The notes under the pieces are model-generated. The model saw only the letters and a program-made list of their open reading frames with translations. It had not been told where the DNA came from and ran no database searches. This document shows, piece after piece, positions 7,146-15,672 of a DNA stretch of 32,000 nucleotides. The position numbers and the translations under genes were made by a program. The stretch spans positions 55,379-87,378 of the forward strand of contig JACPII010000002.1 in the NCBI GenBank assembly GCA_016188175.1, in the 5' to 3' direction. Positions within the stretch are counted from its first letter, which is position 1, and each line of letters begins with the position of its first letter. The DNA comes from Candidatus Woesearchaeota archaeon (lineage in GTDB: Archaea > Nanobdellota > Nanobdellia > Woesearchaeales > JACPBV01).

Positions 7146-8498
7146 ATGGTCCTCTCAAAGCTGTCCGATTCCCTTAAGAACACCTTAAGCAAGATAGCCC
7201 AAGCCATCTTTGTGGATGACAAGCTCCTCAACGAGCTCGTCAAAGACCTTCAAAGGGCCCTTCTTCAGGCAGATGTCAACGTGAAGCTCGTTTTTGACCT
7301 CACCAACAGCATCAGGGACCGGATAAAGAAAGAAGAGGCTCCTAAAGGGCTGACGAAGAAAGAGCAGCTCATCAATACCGTCTACGAAGAGCTGGTGAAA
7401 TTCCTCGGTAAAGAGCAATACAAGCTCGATATAGCCAAAAAGCCATTCCTCATCATGCTTGTCGGCCTTTACGGCTCGGGAAAGACAACCTCATCGGGAA
7501 AGTTAGCATCGTACTTCACCAAGAGGGGCCACAAAGTTGCCATCGTCGGGCTGGATGTCCACCGGCCGGCTGCGATGGACCAGGTTGAGCAGGTCGCAAA
7601 AAAAGTAAATGTTGTTTCCTTTACCGACAAAAAAGAAAAAAGCCCCATTGCCCTTTGGAACAGGTTTAAGGAAGATTTGAGAAAATATGATGTTGTCCTG
7701 ATTGACACGGCAGGAAGAGATGCCTTAAGCGATGATCTCATCGCTGAGATAGAGTCCCTCAACAATATCATCCAGCCCGATGAAAAATTCCTCGTCATCT
7801 CCGCAGATATCGGCCAGGCAGCCCAAAAACAGGCAGAAGAATTCCATCGATCGTGTGCCATCACCGGAGTCATCGTCACCAAGATGGATGGGACGGCAAA
7901 GGCCGGTGGAGCTTTGTCAGCCTGCGCGATCACCAAAGCCCCGATCGTCTTTATTGGAGTCGGTGAAAAGCCGGACGACCTTGAGCATTTTAACCCACCC
8001 GGATTTGTCGGCAGGCTCCTCGGAATGGGAGACATTGAAGCGCTTCTCGAGAAAGCCAAAGAAGCGATAACCGAAGAAGATGCAGAAGACCTCAGCAAGC
8101 GGCTCCTGAAAGGCGAATTTACCCTCATCGACCTTTTTGAGCAGATGGAAGCGATGTCCAAGATGGGTCCCTTAGACAAGATCATGGAGATGATACCCGG
8201 GTTCAGCCAGATCAAGCTGCCCAAGGAAATGCTTCAGGTCCAGCAGGGAAAGCTCGAAAAATGGAAGCACGCCATGCAGTCGATGACAAAATCGGAGTTG
8301 GAGTCGCCAGACGAGATGATCGACAGCGATAGGATTGAGCGCATCGCAAAAGGCTCGGGAGTTTCGTTAAGCGACATCCGCCTGCTCATCAAGCAATACC
8401 GTGAAGGCAGGAAGATGGTCAGGATGCTCAAAGGCACCGGCGGAGATACAAACAAGATAATGAAAAAGCTGCAGGGCAGGATGCCCAAGATGTTCTAA
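7146..8498 (+). CDS. srp54: Signal recognition particle protein SRP54
   Basis: N domain, G domain (GLYGSGKTTSSGKLA, DTAGR, TKMDG) and a Met-rich M domain. Confidence 0.95.
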   Translation: MVLSKLSDSLKNTLSKIAQAIFVDDKLLNELVKDLQRALLQADVNVKLVFDLTNSIRDRIKKEEAPKGLTKKEQLINTVYEELVKFLGKEQYKLDIAKKPFLIMLVGLYGSGKTTSSGKLASYFTKRGHKVAIVGLDVHRPAAMDQVEQVAKKVNVVSFTDKKEKSPIALWNRFKEDLRKYDVVLIDTAGRDALSDDLIAEIESLNNIIQPDEKFLVISADIGQAAQKQAEEFHRSCAITGVIVTKMDGTAKAGGALSACAITKAPIVFIGVGEKPDDLEHFNPPGFVGRLLGMGDIEALLEKAKEAITEEDAEDLSKRLLKGEFTLIDLFEQMEAMSKMGPLDKIMEMIPGFSQIKLPKEMLQVQQGKLEKWKHAMQSMTKSELESPDEMIDSDRIERIAKGSGVSLSDIRLLIKQYREGRKMVRMLKGTGGDTNKIMKKLQGRMPKMF

Positions 8499-8683
8499 AC
8501 TGCTGCAGACTGAAGTCCGCTAAGGGTTCTTTCCTATCCCGAGCCTAAAAGGATGGCAAAGGTGTTCATAAGAGTTTGATTGAAATCTTACAAGCCCAAA
8601 GCCAGGATAAGAGAGTTTATAAAAAAATAATAATGCCTCCGGCCATACGGACGGTTACTGCAGAATTTCCCAGAAACCCCGCC

Positions 8684-9172
8684 CTAATTCACAGCAATAT
8701 CTTCCTGCTTCTCAAACAGCACATGCTGCAGATACACGATCTGCATCGTAAGGTGGTGTTCTCCTGCCTTAACGTCCCTGTCGATAGGAAATTCCGAAAG
8801 GCTGAGCGCATACACATAATCTCCCGTAAATCCAAGCCCGGTATAATTGATGGAGTTTAATGTTCCCCGGGTGTAATTGAACGGCTTCCCTGTCCGCAGG
8901 ATAAATTCTTTGATGGGGAGTATCGCCTTTCGGGCATCGAGCATGACGACAACGACAGCAGTATCGGGAATCAGCTCTCCAGAAAATGTCTGCAAAGAGA
9001 CCAAAGCATCAAGCGTCCTCAATGCCGAACTGACATTCCCAACAGCAAAACCAGTGATCTGGGGCTGGGAAAAGCTTAGAAATCCAAGAACGATGAGGAT
9101 ACTAACGACGGGTAACGCAACTGACACCGTTCTTGCTATCGTTCCCATAATTCCCCAGAACCAAGAAAACAA
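8684..9172 (-). CDS. Membrane-anchored hypothetical protein
   Basis: N-terminal TM helix (VALPVVSILIVLGFLSF) followed by ITGFAV. It overlaps the nadB 3' end, so the start is uncertain (alternative Met at 9148). Confidence 0.5.
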   Translation of the reverse strand: MFSWFWGIMGTIARTVSVALPVVSILIVLGFLSFSQPQITGFAVGNVSSALRTLDALVSLQTFSGELIPDTAVVVVMLDARKAILPIKEFILRTGKPFNYTRGTLNSINYTGLGFTGDYVYALSLSEFPIDRDVKAGEHHLTMQIVYLQHVLFEKQEDIAVN

Positions 9173-10782
9173 ACCCCCTTTTTATTTTTATCCATTATGC
9201 TGTGCTTCATCCACAGGCCATCGTTCCTTTCCGGAAAATCTTTCCTAAAGTGGCAGCCCCTGCTTTCCTCACGCGCAACCGCCGCCCTCATGACAAGCTC
9301 AGAAACGAGAAGCATGTTCCTCACCTCAAAGGATATGCCCTCATCCGTTTCCGGTTTTTCCCTCAATTGCTCAAATTCAGTTTTTATCCGGGAAAGCTCT
9401 GCTAAACTGTTCGTTAACCCGTCCCCCGTCCTTGAAATTCCAGCATAATCTTTCATGAGCAATCTTATCTGGTCAGCGATTGATTGCATGGGGCCGGGAG
9501 AAACTTTTTTACCAGAAGAAAAATCCGTTGGAGCTTTGCCTTCAATCCCCAAACGGAAAGAGTTCACCATCCCAACACCCTGTTCATCGCTCGCTTCACT
9601 CCGAACAGGTATTTCCCGTCGTAAAAAACCCGCCAATTGGCCTGCGAAAACAACACACTCCGAAAGCGAGTTGCTTGCCAGCCTGTTTGCCCCATGGACA
9701 CCATTACAGGCAGATTCCCCTGCTGCAAAAAGCCCGGGAATCGAGGTTCTCCCAAAAATATCAACCAATACCCCCCCGCAAAGATAATGGGCTGTTGGAG
9801 ACACGGGGATGCTCTCCCGGGTTATGTCAATACCATACTGCTTGCAAGTCCGATAGATATTGGGAAAAAGAGAGATAATTTTACCAGCCCCAAGGTTCCG
9901 CATATCAAGGAACACACTTTTGCTTTTTGTCCCCTCCATCGCCTTGGCAATTTCCCTCGTTAGGACATCCCGGGGTGCAAGCTCCAATCCGGGATGAACC
10001 CTTTCCATAAACCGCTTCCCCTCGCTATCAAGCAGGATAGCGCCTTCTCCACGGACCCTCTCCGAGATTAAAAATGCTGGTTGGGATTGTGTAAAGGCAG
10101 TCGGATGGAATTGCACAAATTCAAGGTCGGCAACCCTTGCCCCTGCGCGGTATGCCATCGCAAGCCCGTCGCCCGTCGCCCCTTCAGCATTGCAGGTCTC
10201 GGGATATAATGACCCAACCCCCCCGGTTGCGGCCACAACAGCTCTTGCCTTAAAAAAAACCATCGTCTTTTTCCTCAAATCAAAAAAAGAACACCCCGTG
10301 CAAACATTTCCTTCTAAAGAAAAGTCGATTCCGATATGGTTTTCAACTACAACAATATTTTTTTGTTCGCCGACTTTATTAAGCAGTGTTCCGATGACGG
10401 AATTCCCGGTTGCGTCCTTTACATGGACGATTCTCCTGAACTTATGGGCACCTTCCCTCCCCAGCGCAAATCGGCCATCCTCAATGTCAAAAGGTACTCC
10501 GCATGATTTCAGCCATGCGATCTCCTGGGGAGCGTTGTTCACCAAAAGCTCAACGGCACGTTCCGAGCACAGCCCATCGCCGGCTTTTATCGTATCCCTG
10601 ATATGGTGGGCAAAAGAATCATGTTCGGCAAAAACACCCGCAAGGCCGCCCTGGGCTAACCCGGAGTTCGAGCAGCCAGCATTGCTCTTGCTTACGACGG
10701 CAATCCTGAAATTGGATGGCAGCTTGAGGGCAACGCTTAACCCGGCAATCCCCGCTCCCAGAATCAATACGTCGACTTCCAT
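9136..10782 (-). CDS. nadB: L-aspartate oxidase
   Basis: FAD-binding VLILGAGIAGLS, succinate dehydrogenase/fumarate reductase flavoprotein-like core, RGCHFR near the C-terminus. Confidence 0.9.
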   Translation of the reverse strand: MEVDVLILGAGIAGLSVALKLPSNFRIAVVSKSNAGCSNSGLAQGGLAGVFAEHDSFAHHIRDTIKAGDGLCSERAVELLVNNAPQEIAWLKSCGVPFDIEDGRFALGREGAHKFRRIVHVKDATGNSVIGTLLNKVGEQKNIVVVENHIGIDFSLEGNVCTGCSFFDLRKKTMVFFKARAVVAATGGVGSLYPETCNAEGATGDGLAMAYRAGARVADLEFVQFHPTAFTQSQPAFLISERVRGEGAILLDSEGKRFMERVHPGLELAPRDVLTREIAKAMEGTKSKSVFLDMRNLGAGKIISLFPNIYRTCKQYGIDITRESIPVSPTAHYLCGGVLVDIFGRTSIPGLFAAGESACNGVHGANRLASNSLSECVVFAGQLAGFLRREIPVRSEASDEQGVGMVNSFRLGIEGKAPTDFSSGKKVSPGPMQSIADQIRLLMKDYAGISRTGDGLTNSLAELSRIKTEFEQLREKPETDEGISFEVRNMLLVSELVMRAAVAREESRGCHFRKDFPERNDGLWMKHSIMDKNKKGVCFLGSGELWER

Positions 10783-10807
10783 AGTAACCCGCTATTCGGC
10801 AACCCCT

Positions 10808-11800
10808 CTATTCCGGCGTGGAACCAACCTCAAGGCAGATGTCAATAACTTTTGGTGAATGGGTAAGTTCCCCAAGAGAGGCCACATCGATTCCACAACC
10901 TGTATAATCAGCAACATTCGTTTGGGTTATCCCTCCCGACGCTTCAAGAAGCAGCCATGGGTAGAGCCCTTTCTCCTGCAGCAAACGCACAATACCTTTA
11001 AGGCTTTCCGGAGGGATATTATCCAGGAGAAGTAACACTGGGACTTGCAGCTTATCTTTCACCCGGGCCAGTTCTGACGCTGCAAAAAGGGCTTCCTCTC
11101 CCGAATTGACTTCAACCTCGAAAAAAAGTGATGGTGCCATTCCAGCCCTTAAGATAGACCTATCGACGAAATCATGAAGGCTTTGTTTCAGATGCTCTTT
11201 CCCAAGCAATGAAAGATGGTTATCCTTCAGCAACACCCCATCCCACAGTCCAAGGCGATGGGTAAGCCCGCCTCCGCAATACACAGCCTTCTTGTCGAGA
11301 TATCCGAGGGGCGTCTTCCTCGTCGCAGCGACAAAAACCTCGTCTTTTACATTATTAATCACCGATGATGTTAACGTTGCAATGCCGCACATCCTTTGGA
11401 GGATATCTAAAACCATCCGCTCCAAAAAGAGGATTGTTGAGGCACTTCCTTCTATCTTTATCATGCTCGTCCCCGGAAATATCTTGACCCCATCACCGAT
11501 CCGTTCAAAAACCTTTATCCCGAAGCGTTCGAAGATATAGCTTGCCTCTTCAACCCCAGAGGAAACCCCCTCTGCCTTTGAGAGTATGTTCCCGGAGCAT
11601 TGCTTCTCCCCAAGGCAGGTAAGCTGGGTAGTGACGTCTCCTCTGCCACCCGCACCCTTCTCAAAATGTATCCGTTCGACAACAAACCGGTCAATCCATT
11701 CTTTGTAGAAACTCTCCGAAAGAGACAGCAAATTGCCGTGCTGCAGCGCCCTAACCACATCCTCCCTCCTCCCCATACCATCATGGAAAAACCGGCCCAT
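10808..11800 (-). CDS. nadC: Nicotinate-nucleotide pyrophosphorylase (quinolinate phosphoribosyltransferase)
   Basis: Typical QPRTase features (GDVTT, ATRKT.PG, KDNH, LLLDN). It lies upstream of nadB on the same strand. Confidence 0.85.
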   Translation of the reverse strand: MGRFFHDGMGRREDVVRALQHGNLLSLSESFYKEWIDRFVVERIHFEKGAGGRGDVTTQLTCLGEKQCSGNILSKAEGVSSGVEEASYIFERFGIKVFERIGDGVKIFPGTSMIKIEGSASTILFLERMVLDILQRMCGIATLTSSVINNVKDEVFVAATRKTPLGYLDKKAVYCGGGLTHRLGLWDGVLLKDNHLSLLGKEHLKQSLHDFVDRSILRAGMAPSLFFEVEVNSGEEALFAASELARVKDKLQVPVLLLLDNIPPESLKGIVRLLQEKGLYPWLLLEASGGITQTNVADYTGCGIDVASLGELTHSPKVIDICLEVGSTPE

Positions 11801-11820
11801 TAATAATCCTTGCTTTTTCC

Positions 11821-12095
11821 GTGTGTATTAAGCTCCTATCGGAGCGGCTCTGCAATCTTCAAAACTCTTAATGTGTTTCAAGATAGCCCTGCGTCCCCGT
11901 AAGGGAAGGCGAAATGTTCCGGTGCCTTCGGCACGGAGGGCGACCCCCGCGACGGTCTGGCTGTTTTTTTCCAAAGACACAAATATGTATACCCAATTGT
12001 TGTGTCTTTCGATATAGCAGGTGAAATTTTGCATGATTAATTTTGTCACCTGCTATAGGATGGCAGAGCCGCACTTAACGGGGCTTAATACATAC
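11821..12095 (+). mobile_element. MITE-like non-autonomous element, copy 1 (275 bp), flanked by 8-bp target-site duplication CTTTTTCC
   Basis: TIRs are 11821-11836 GTGTGTATTAAGCTCC and 12080-12095 (rc GTATGTATTAAGCCCC), 14/16. CTTTTTCC occurs at 11813-11820 and 12096-12103. There is a nested IR GCGGCTCTGC / GCAGAGCCGC (10 bp). No credible ORF. It shares a 68-nt core and a 14-mer with the element at 27597-27760. Confidence 0.8.
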
Positions 12096-12137
12096 CTTTT
12101 TCCGAAAAAGGATATGACAGGAATCATTAAATAATCA

Positions 12138-13229
12138 ATGAAGTTCTTTAGTAGAATGGACTCCCCATTCTTTCAAATAACCGAAGCTCTCAAGGAGGCC
12201 CTCAAAGGGCAGGATGATGAGAGTTCTCATTCCCCCGCCGGCCAATTCCCTTTGCTCGATAAAGACTGTTTCCACCTGATTGATTCGGCCACTGGCTTGG
12301 GTCCAGTAAAGATTGCATTTGTTGACGGGGGCAATGCAGAGATAATTGCTTCAGCAAATTTCTCCCTGCATGCCGTCAACCTAGCCCGTTGTATATATTC
12401 GGGGCCAAAAAAGATAGGGACAGCTTCAAGATCAGGATATATCCTTATCACGGCAAAGAGCCTCTCCGGCAAACTTTTTTATGAAGCAAACTTTTTCGGA
12501 TACCCCCTATCAAAGGTCAGCATCGATGCTTCCCATCCTTCTATTGCCATAGGTTTCCAGCGTCCCTCCCCCGGAGCTTTAGCTTCGCCACTAAGGAAAG
12601 CGTTGGAACTTAGCCTTGCAGCGGACATGGCCCAACAGTTAGAGGATGGATCATGGATTGCGCTGGATGGAGATTTTTCAACTCCAACTCCTTTTGAACG
12701 GGAAGCACTCAACAATCTTATCGATGCCTCTTCAGAAAGGAATATTGGCTGCCTTGCCCTCGCAAAGACAAGTGACCTCCTTTCAGGCAGGGGAGATGCG
12801 CTCATTCCATTGATAAAAGAGATATCCCCCAAACAACAGCCTTGGTTTTACGCACCTATCCCGCCAGCCCACAAAACCATCCCCGGGATGATAACCGCCG
12901 TTGCATCACTCCATAAAAGGCCATCCCACTGCTTCAAGCTCGAGGTGATTGTTCCAAAAGCAAAACCAAGCGCTGGACCCGGCATCGATCCTGAACTCAA
13001 AAACCTCAATCCCCTTATGAAAAGCCTTGTTGAAAATTCGAAAGATTCCGTCTTTCTCGGCTACCCTTACGGCTTCATTGAGGCCGACCAGCTTGCAAGG
13101 GTCTCCAATCAGGAGAAAGGCTACCAAAAGACAAAACTCCTCGCAGCCTTGGGAAAAAACTTTCCGGAAATAAACGACTACCTTGCAACAAAAGACGCAC
13201 ATGCGATCCTCGACAGGATGCGGTTCTGA
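12138..13229 (+). CDS. nurA: NurA-family 5'-3' nuclease
   Basis: NurA motif series in order: FVDGGN, IALDGDF, LAKTSDL, GYPYGFIEADQLARV, DAHAILD. Confidence 0.65.
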   Translation: MKFFSRMDSPFFQITEALKEALKGQDDESSHSPAGQFPLLDKDCFHLIDSATGLGPVKIAFVDGGNAEIIASANFSLHAVNLARCIYSGPKKIGTASRSGYILITAKSLSGKLFYEANFFGYPLSKVSIDASHPSIAIGFQRPSPGALASPLRKALELSLAADMAQQLEDGSWIALDGDFSTPTPFEREALNNLIDASSERNIGCLALAKTSDLLSGRGDALIPLIKEISPKQQPWFYAPIPPAHKTIPGMITAVASLHKRPSHCFKLEVIVPKAKPSAGPGIDPELKNLNPLMKSLVENSKDSVFLGYPYGFIEADQLARVSNQEKGYQKTKLLAALGKNFPEINDYLATKDAHAILDRMRF

Positions 13230-13417
13230 CATTCAACGGATATTCAAGTTTCCTGCTTTCCCCCTAGTGCATCCATTCCTCCCAACCTCAACTCAAAAAA
13301 TAATGCCGTTCCCGACCATAAGTTTTAAATAGGGCACTGCCGAAGGTAATCTCTAGGCAGCATTTCCTGCAAAGGTTTAGATTATTAATGAAAAAAAGAA
13401 AAAAGAGGTGAACCAAC

Positions 13418-13768
13418 ATGGATAAAAGAGTCGGTAATTACGCATTTACCATTGGCGTGATTATCGCAATTGTGATGGGATTGGTTTCTTTGGGCGAGGC
13501 AACACCCTGGCTTGCATCCCTCCTGGTCCTGCTCGGGCTGGTAGTGGGTTTTATCAATGTGACGGGGAAAGAGACCAAAGAGTTTCTGGTGGTTGCCACC
13601 GTACTGGTGCTGGTCGCTGCGCTCGGTGGAGCAGGTGACAGGCTTGGCGGTGTTGAGGTCATTGGGCCGTACCTCCAAAGGGTCTTCAGCCAGGTGCTTG
13701 CATTTGTCGTGCCGGCAACCGTCGTGGTTTCCCTGAAGGACATCTGGAACCTCAGCCAGAAATTTTAA
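13418..13768 (+). CDS. Small integral membrane protein (3-4 TM), unknown function
   Basis: Hydrophobic throughout. GAGGTGA Shine-Dalgarno 6 nt upstream, and a T-rich tract follows the stop. Confidence 0.6.
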   Translation: MDKRVGNYAFTIGVIIAIVMGLVSLGEATPWLASLLVLLGLVVGFINVTGKETKEFLVVATVLVLVAALGGAGDRLGGVEVIGPYLQRVFSQVLAFVVPATVVVSLKDIWNLSQKF

Positions 13769-13811
13769 CCAGATTTTTTTCTTTTTTTTATTTTATTTTG
13801 TGTGATCGACC

Positions 13812-14804
13812 ATGAACAGTGACGTAATCTGCGTCGGGAGCTCCTCCGTTGATGTTTTTGTGCAAACCCCTTTTGCAGCCCACCTGAGGCGCTGGAAATC
13901 GGGAAAAGTGAAAGACTTCCAAGCCTATCCGGTAGGCAGCAAGATCCTCATCGACAGCCTTCTTTTTTCTACCGGCGGCGGGGGAACAAACACGGCCGTC
14001 GCATTGAGCCGGCTGGGCCTCAAGACGGCGTTCCTCGGAAAGATGGGTGCCGGAGCAAACGCTTTTGCGGTCAGTCATGAGCTGAAAAGGGAAAAAGTCA
14101 ATTCCCTGGCAGTCTGCAAAAAGGGAGGAAGGACAGGCTACTCGATCATCCTCGACAGTGTCGGCCATGACCGGACTATCCTGACCGCAAAAGGCTCGAA
14201 TAATGACCTCCAGCCGGATGAAATCCCCTGGAGGAAGCTGCGCACATCATGGTTCTACTTTTCCTCAATGCTCGGCCGCTCTTTCCAGGCCCAGAAAAAA
14301 ATAGCTCAATTCGCAGCAAAAAAGAAGGTACCTATTGCCTACAATATCAGCGATTACCTCGCAAAAAAAGGGGTCCATGTCCTGAAGCCAATCCTCCAGC
14401 ACACGACCATATTTATCCTGAACCGTGAAGAAGCTCTTCTCCTGACAGGAAAGCGGACACCCGAGGAGGCCTTCAAACTCCTCAATGGGTTAGGTATCAA
14501 GTATGTTGTCATCACTGATGGCCAGCATGGGGCGACCGCCTACCATGATCATCGTTCTTATCACATCAACGCAGACCGTATCAAAGTCGTAGAAACTACC
14601 GGTGCCGGGGATGCATTTGCTGCCTCGTTCCTTGCAGGCATGATAAAAACAAAAGATATCGTCTTTGCCCTCAAGCTCGCCAAAGAAAATGCAGAATCCG
14701 TCATCCAGCACCACGGTGCGAAAAACTTATTGCTTTCCTGGAAGGAAGCGGTTAGGATGGTTGAGCGGAACAAGAGTAAAGTTGCCATAAGGAATATCGG
14801 TTAG
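13812..14804 (+). CDS. PfkB-family carbohydrate/nucleoside kinase
   Basis: N-terminal GG motif (STGGGGTNTAVAL) and C-terminal TTGAGDAF motif of the ribokinase/PfkB superfamily. Confidence 0.8.
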   Translation: MNSDVICVGSSSVDVFVQTPFAAHLRRWKSGKVKDFQAYPVGSKILIDSLLFSTGGGGTNTAVALSRLGLKTAFLGKMGAGANAFAVSHELKREKVNSLAVCKKGGRTGYSIILDSVGHDRTILTAKGSNNDLQPDEIPWRKLRTSWFYFSSMLGRSFQAQKKIAQFAAKKKVPIAYNISDYLAKKGVHVLKPILQHTTIFILNREEALLLTGKRTPEEAFKLLNGLGIKYVVITDGQHGATAYHDHRSYHINADRIKVVETTGAGDAFAASFLAGMIKTKDIVFALKLAKENAESVIQHHGAKNLLLSWKEAVRMVERNKSKVAIRNIG

Positions 14805-14893
14805 GCCGATAATTGCTTTCTATTTTTCTTTTCTTGTGTATAAAGAGATCATTTCCCTAAAATGAGTAATTGTTCCATTCAAACTTATGGGGG

Positions 14894-15538
14894 TTATTGT
14901 CTGCCAAACCCAAACTCCCCCCTCAGCGGCACAAACGAAAAGTCCCCGAGCGTCTCCTTGGTTATTTTCCCTTTGTTCTTCCTGAGTTTGACCATCTTCT
15001 GGCTGCCGTTAATGCCCCCGACAGGTGCAACTAAAATGCCGGGATCCTTCAACTGGGTAATCAAATCCCGGGGAATCTTTGGGCATGCGGCAGTTACCAA
15101 AATCCGGTCAAAGGGCGCTTCGTTGGAAAGCCCCTTGCTCCCGTCACCTTCAACCACAGATACATTCCCCGCCCTTGCCTTTACCAGGTTGTTCTTTGCA
15201 AACTCAGCTAGTGAATGTATCATTTCGATGGAGTAAACTTTTCCTTTCCTTCCCGCCATCTTCCCCAATAGCGCAGCCTGCCACCCGCTCCCTGCCCCAA
15301 CCTCCAATATTTTTTGCCCGGCCTTAACCTCTAAAGCCTCGGTCATGATCATCACCGTCGTTGGCTGAGAGATGGTTTGGCCTTCCCCGATGGGTTTGGG
15401 CCTGTCTTCATAAACTTCTTCAGTTGGGATATCCTTAACAAAGAGCTCCCGGGGAACAGACAAAAAAGCCTTCAGCAATCTCTTGTCTTTGGCAATGCCG
15501 CGCTCTTTCCATGATGCAAGAAGGGTTTTTTTGCCCAT
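14894..15538 (-). CDS. pcm: Protein-L-isoaspartate O-methyltransferase
   Basis: GQTISQPTTVMIMTE and the SAM-binding LEVGAGSGWQAALL motif. Confidence 0.9.
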   Translation of the reverse strand: MGKKTLLASWKERGIAKDKRLLKAFLSVPRELFVKDIPTEEVYEDRPKPIGEGQTISQPTTVMIMTEALEVKAGQKILEVGAGSGWQAALLGKMAGRKGKVYSIEMIHSLAEFAKNNLVKARAGNVSVVEGDGSKGLSNEAPFDRILVTAACPKIPRDLITQLKDPGILVAPVGGINGSQKMVKLRKNKGKITKETLGDFSFVPLRGEFGFGRQ

Positions 15539-15672
15539 AAACCCATTAAAGGAAAAAGGTCAATAAAAATGTTATGGCAGTAAACCACGTAAAAGTGTAT
15601 GTTCGGAAAACTCAAAAATCACAACATTTATTAAACGGGAAACAATGTTTTCTATGAAAAAAGAGGTTGAGG

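Noticed and set aside
7469-8224. 251-aa - strand ORF inside srp54 (and similar long antisense ORFs 10190..10858 +, 17514..18131 -, 18029..18436 -, 16602..17241 -, 30199..30702 -, 23142..23603 +, 28835..29218 +)
   Set aside because: All lie opposite strongly supported genes and give Ser/Pro/Arg-rich, motif-free translations typical of shadow ORFs.
11888-11955. Core as a hammerhead-like ribozyme (CUGCGU-CCCC-GUAA-GGG...GCGAAAU resembles CUGAUGA-stem II-GAAA)
   Set aside because: The catalytic CUGANGA box is not present (C instead of A at the invariant position, wrong spacing), and no stem I/III arrangement with a cleavage-site UH could be drawn.
11828-12074. 73-aa and 68-aa - strand ORFs, and the 99-aa ORF at 27641..27940, covering the MITE cores
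   Set aside because: The shared core is read in different frames in the two copies, the ORFs cross TIR boundaries, and the sequence is better explained as non-coding structure.
11821-12095. The 275-bp structured element as SRP RNA or RNase P RNA (5'/3' closing helix; ACTTAACGGGGCTTA resembles the RNase P CR-V ACAGAACCCGGCUUA; CCCC-GUAA-GGG resembles an SRP helix 8 GNAR loop)
   Set aside because: It has no GGAAAGUCC-type CR-I. It lacks the AGG/AGCA symmetric-loop residues of SRP helix 8. A second, much shorter copy of the same core exists. Both copies have TIRs plus 8-bp target-site duplications, which fits a mobile element rather than a single-copy housekeeping RNA.
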